Below are positions 59,948-64,000 of a stretch of DNA of 64,000 nucleotides, piece after piece; the first letter of the stretch is position 1; each line of letters begins with the position of its first letter. This DNA is from Oculina patagonica (lineage: Eukaryota). Made by a program: the position numbers and the translations under genes. The notes beneath the pieces are model-generated. The model was not told the origin of the DNA. It saw only the letters and a program-made list of their open reading frames with translations, and searched no databases. The stretch spans positions 25,854,001 through 25,918,000 of the forward strand of contig NC_135766.1 of assembly GCF_052425735.1 (NCBI RefSeq), read 5' to 3'.

Positions 59948-60857
59948 TACACATAGTGTTTCTCCCTACTTCAGCCATATATTGACTATAGCATCAGTTG
60001 AGGAGAATTTCATAGTTTATCATTACCAGTACTGTATCTCTTAGTTAAAGTGGATTTCTTTATTCCTGCCATTATGCTTGGAAATGTATTCATATTGTAA
60101 TAAGGTTTTAGGGTCTTCAGTTGTATTTTATTTAAGATTTAAACAAGTTGTCTTACTTAACTTTATACCTTGACAAGAGAGTTTAAATCACTGAGCTAAG
60201 TGTGTCTGATATGATTTAAGAAAATTCATTGAATTTAGTTTGAAGCAATAACGTGGGCCAGCATTAGTAAGGCACACCCATTTCTGTCATGTGACATTCA
60301 AAGCGCTGAGAAGTAATTTCTTGTAAGCTCTTGTACCCGTTAAAACTTGGTGGTTTGTTGAGTGTGGACTAAACACATATTTTTCTAATTGATTTGATCG
60401 CAAACAGCTCATGGTCAAATTTGCACTTTGACAACATTTTGGTAAGATAAAAAACTAACTTCTGCTAAAGTTAGAAAGAATTTAAAGAATTATACCTGAT
60501 AGTGGTGAAATAATTGGAATAGAGTTACAGGAAAGTTTAGAACAGCAATGTGTGTTATCCCAGTTGATGTATCATGAGGTCGCAGTTCTTGGTAGACCAG
60601 GGGAGGACAGGGAGGGGTTGTGCTTTGGTCAAGGTTGTGCTGTAACAAAAATGACGGCATTGTTTTTGGTGAAGAGAATATTGATCAAGTTTTGTGACAT
60701 GTAATGCACATGTTATAAGTGAAAGCACTCCCTTGCATGGTCTTCCTCATCTCACTGAGATTTTTTGTACAAAACTTTGTGTAGGCTAGTAATCTAGATG
60801 TTTTTTTTTTTCGTCCATCACATTAGTGCTATTGTACTTAGACATTTTTTCACCTTT

Positions 60858-61264
60858 TTATAGGAAATTAGCGCTTGTATTCTATAATTAAGGTTTTTGA
60901 AATTAACGCAACTTAAATTAACGTGAATTGAAGAAAAAATTACTTCCCAATAAAGGAAATTAACGCGAAAGAGGGGTGCATTTCAAAATGAAGGAAATTA
61001 ACCCGACAAACACAAAGGAAAAAAGAACTTGTTGGCAGATTTCCACCCTGATGAAATGATGCCTTTTCCTAAGAGTCAAGACGTCTGGAAATGTATCCAG
61101 AAATTGGGCACAAAATAATGGAAATTTAAGGTCATGGAAATAAATGCTTTACTTAATTAACGGCGCGGAAATTAACATTAATAAACATTAACACGACTTA
61201 TATTAACGCAAATTTTTGACATTCGTGTTATTTTCATGAAGCGTTAATTTCTTATAATTAGGTA
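60858..61264. mobile_element. MITE-like element with AAATTAACG subrepeats
   Basis: TTATAGGAAATTAGCGC ... GCGTTAATTTCTTATAA inverted ends; repeated AATTAACG. Confidence 0.5.
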
Positions 61265-62665
61265 GTCTCCATAGCAGCCATAGTGTAGAAGGACGGTGGG
61301 ACCGACCAAATAATGGCTCTGAAACAGAGCTCAGCACACACTAGGTGGAGAGGGTAGGGTAGGGACTGGATGGATTAAGTAATAAGATAAAAATATGTCT
61401 GCCACAAAGGCTATTGTAGCTGGGATATGACGTTTACCTGTTTTGGTTGAAACCCAGTTGCTAGGCAACATGACGTCACTGTGACTTTGTGCTGACATGA
61501 CAAGAATCGGAAACTTGTTGAATGCTTCAACAAAGATTACTTATAAAAATTCATCCCAGAGGTGTTTAAATATCATTATATTTTCTGGAAATATTTTTGT
61601 TTAACTCAAGGTTTGAAGATATATAATCATGTTTGTATTAAATCACAATTGTTAAGTTTGTGATCAAAAATTATTTTAATATATGTCTGGTTGTTGCAGG
61701 TTTTTTTAATATATTGGTCTAAAAATATAATATAAAATGCAGCAGCCCTGAAGGAACTTACTTTGTACACTGCAACTCTTGAATAGTAGTTTAAATGTTT
61801 CCTTTATGACTTGAGATGGTTTGTATATCAAGATGTCCTATTTAATAAGTATTTGATCACTGTTAGAGGCAAGAAACAACACTACAGTTGTTTTCACAAA
61901 ATTTTCAAAATACTGAATACTTTAACTCATAGACATTGTTATTATTAAATTATTATTATTATTATTATTATAATTATTATTGTTATTACAATTTGCAGTT
62001 TAAGGTGCTTTATTTACTCTATTGTGGTGATGTAATTCATATTTCATTAAAGGTGCTTATTTCTTACCTTTCTGTTGGTGATGTCACTGTTTGCCTGCTG
62101 CGTCACTCACTGACAGCACAATACGAGAGAATGCTTAAGTCCTACGTTTTTGAATGTTAAAAAAAATAAATGCAACTCCAGTGAGGCTCAAACCCAGTGA
62201 TAGATTCCTGGCAAGTATGTGCCTGTCTTCTAGATCGTTGATGGTTCCTTAAGTGTTCAAGTTTAGGGCTTCAGGTTGCAGGGCCAAAGAAACCTGGCTA
62301 TAATCCTCGCACTCCCCCACCCTACCCCGACCCCCTCTCCCGGCACTGAGTCCAAGGTGCAAGGAACCATCATGGGGTGGAGTCAGATGAGTCTTCCCAC
62401 TTTTTTTTTTTTTTTTTTTTTGGGGGGGGGGGGGGGGGGCTGGCTATAATTTCATCCTCTACTTTCCAGAAAACGATTCAAACAGCAACATTCACAGCTT
62501 CTAATAAAAATGCTTTTGAGCAGCAAAATATACATCAGTACCAAAGTCAACTCCCAAACTTGTAGCATTTGCTCCAATATTTCCCGTACTATTCTTTGTG
62601 TTAACATTTCTGCACTTATTCCCGAATGCCTACTGAGGTATTTTTGTGATAACGGCGCGCGAAGA

Positions 62666-62949
62666 TTGGGGGACCCAGGGGCAGTTAGTGGGGCAAAACA
62701 AAGGAATAAACTGGGCAGAAATCGTAGCGTCAAAAGTTTTAAAGAACGGCGAAAAGAGCCCCTGGGCAACGAGTCTCTCAAGACCATTTCCAAACGGCTT
62801 GGGCAGAATAATTTAGAATTTTTCTGCCCAATCAGGAACCAGCAGGGGCTCTTTCCGCCATTATTGAAAACTTACTATGATGCCACGGTTGTTGCCCGGT
62901 TTATTCCTTCGTTTCGCCCCACTAACTGCCTCTGGGTCTCCAAGGATGC
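62666..62949. mobile_element. About 285-bp MITE
   Basis: TGGGGACCCAGGGGCAGTTAGTGGGGC ... GCCCCACTAACTGCCTCTGGGTCTCCA inverted repeats. Confidence 0.65.
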
Positions 62950-63060
62950 GAAATGACTGTCTAGTCTTTCCAATTCAATTTTCTTGGAGCAATTAAAAGT
63001 AAGCTGTAAATTGTGTTACTTCCGCGTTCCATGTAACCACCGATCAGCATGATAATAATT

Positions 63061-63580
63061 ATTATTATATAAACATCAGTGAAATACCAGGAAATCTTTT
63101 GCGCGAAAAAATCATATCTTCACATGTGAGAATAACATGTTATTTTCACATGTGAAGATATCGATTTCGAAACATTTTCTGACAAGTTTGCCCTGTTTCA
63201 ATGCTGAATCAGCCAAAGTAAATCGATATTAAGTCGAAACATCTTCGGATCTTCCTCGGCAATCTTCGGATATCTTCGGAAATTTTCGGAAAAGTTCGGA
63301 AAATGTTCGGAAACATTCGTACGACCTTCGGACAACATTTTGTAAATCTTCGGAAAACTTCGGAAAATGGTCGGCAATCTTCGGAAAATAATAAAAAACA
63401 TCGTAATTGGTAGGTTTATATAATAAACAGAATATTACATGGTTGCTTGGAGATATGAAATTTATCTTCTCGTGTTCAAATCGATATCCCACTCGTTCGC
63501 TGCGCTCACTCGTGAGATATCGATTTGAACACTCGAAGATAAATTTCATATCTCCGCGCAACCATGTAATATCCTCTATT
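63061..63580 (-). mobile_element. About 520-bp dispersed repeat, copy 2
   Basis: Reverse complement of 15891-16409; the same spurious ORFs (RGDMKFIFECSNRY...) appear in both copies. Confidence 0.8.
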
Positions 63581-63840
63581 TTTTCCGCTGGTCCATCGAC
63601 CCAAGGGCTCAGGATGATCACTCCTGGAAAGCGAAAGTCGAAACGGAAGTGGAATCGCTCCCATGCTGTTCTGTGTATACTGTACATGGCGATAAATATG
63701 TGCCACCACGCTTATTATACGGCAATCACGGTGAGTTATGTTAACATTTTCCCTCAGGAAACAGTCAACAATGTCTGTGATATAAATGTTGGAGTTTTCA
63801 GCATGTATCATACACATGACTGGGAAAATTTAGTGGCTTA

Positions 63841-64000
63841 TGCGGGATTTCCACTGACGCGTATTTTTTTACGTGCGTTAACATGCGTGAAAAAATTTAG
63901 AGACAATGTATGAACGACTTGCGTACACGTTTACGTTTACAAGTTGTTCATACATTGTCTTTAATTTTTTCACGCACATAATCGCACGTAAGAAAATACG
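63841..64000. mobile_element. Palindromic MITE, truncated by the window end
   Basis: CGTATTTTTTTACGTGCG...GCGTGAAAAAATTTAGAGACAATGTATGAAC pairs with GTTCATACATTGTCTTTAATTTTTTCACGC...CGCACGTAAGAAAATACG. Confidence 0.6.

Overview
Eukaryotic, AT-rich, intron-containing genomic DNA. The repeat families and gene content suggest an anthozoan cnidarian, probably a stony coral (inference). I reconstructed 12 spliced protein-coding genes by hand; all splice phases close to intact ORFs. The first 24 kb holds six secreted cysteine-rich genes. Three are paralogous two-exon genes of a family I cannot assign, with a mirror-symmetric Cx3Cx6C-loop-Cx6Cx3C core (1.2-7.3 kb). Three are five-exon DUF4773-like paralogues (11-23.8 kb), and the third of these is invisible in the ORF track. 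Conserved housekeeping genes follow: SDF2-like, CCDC43 (with a U12-type AT-AC intron), TMEM60 and IMPACT head to head, a BAG3-like WW+BAG co-chaperone and an SLC20/PiT phosphate transporter. Introns and spacers contain many non-autonomous DNA transposons (TA, TAA, TTAA, 6-, 8- and 9-bp TSDs), SINEs, LINE and Penelope remnants, and a minimal hammerhead-ribozyme motif behind one Penelope remnant. There is no CRISPR array, rRNA or bona fide tRNA. Family names come from recognition of the sequence, not from database searches.
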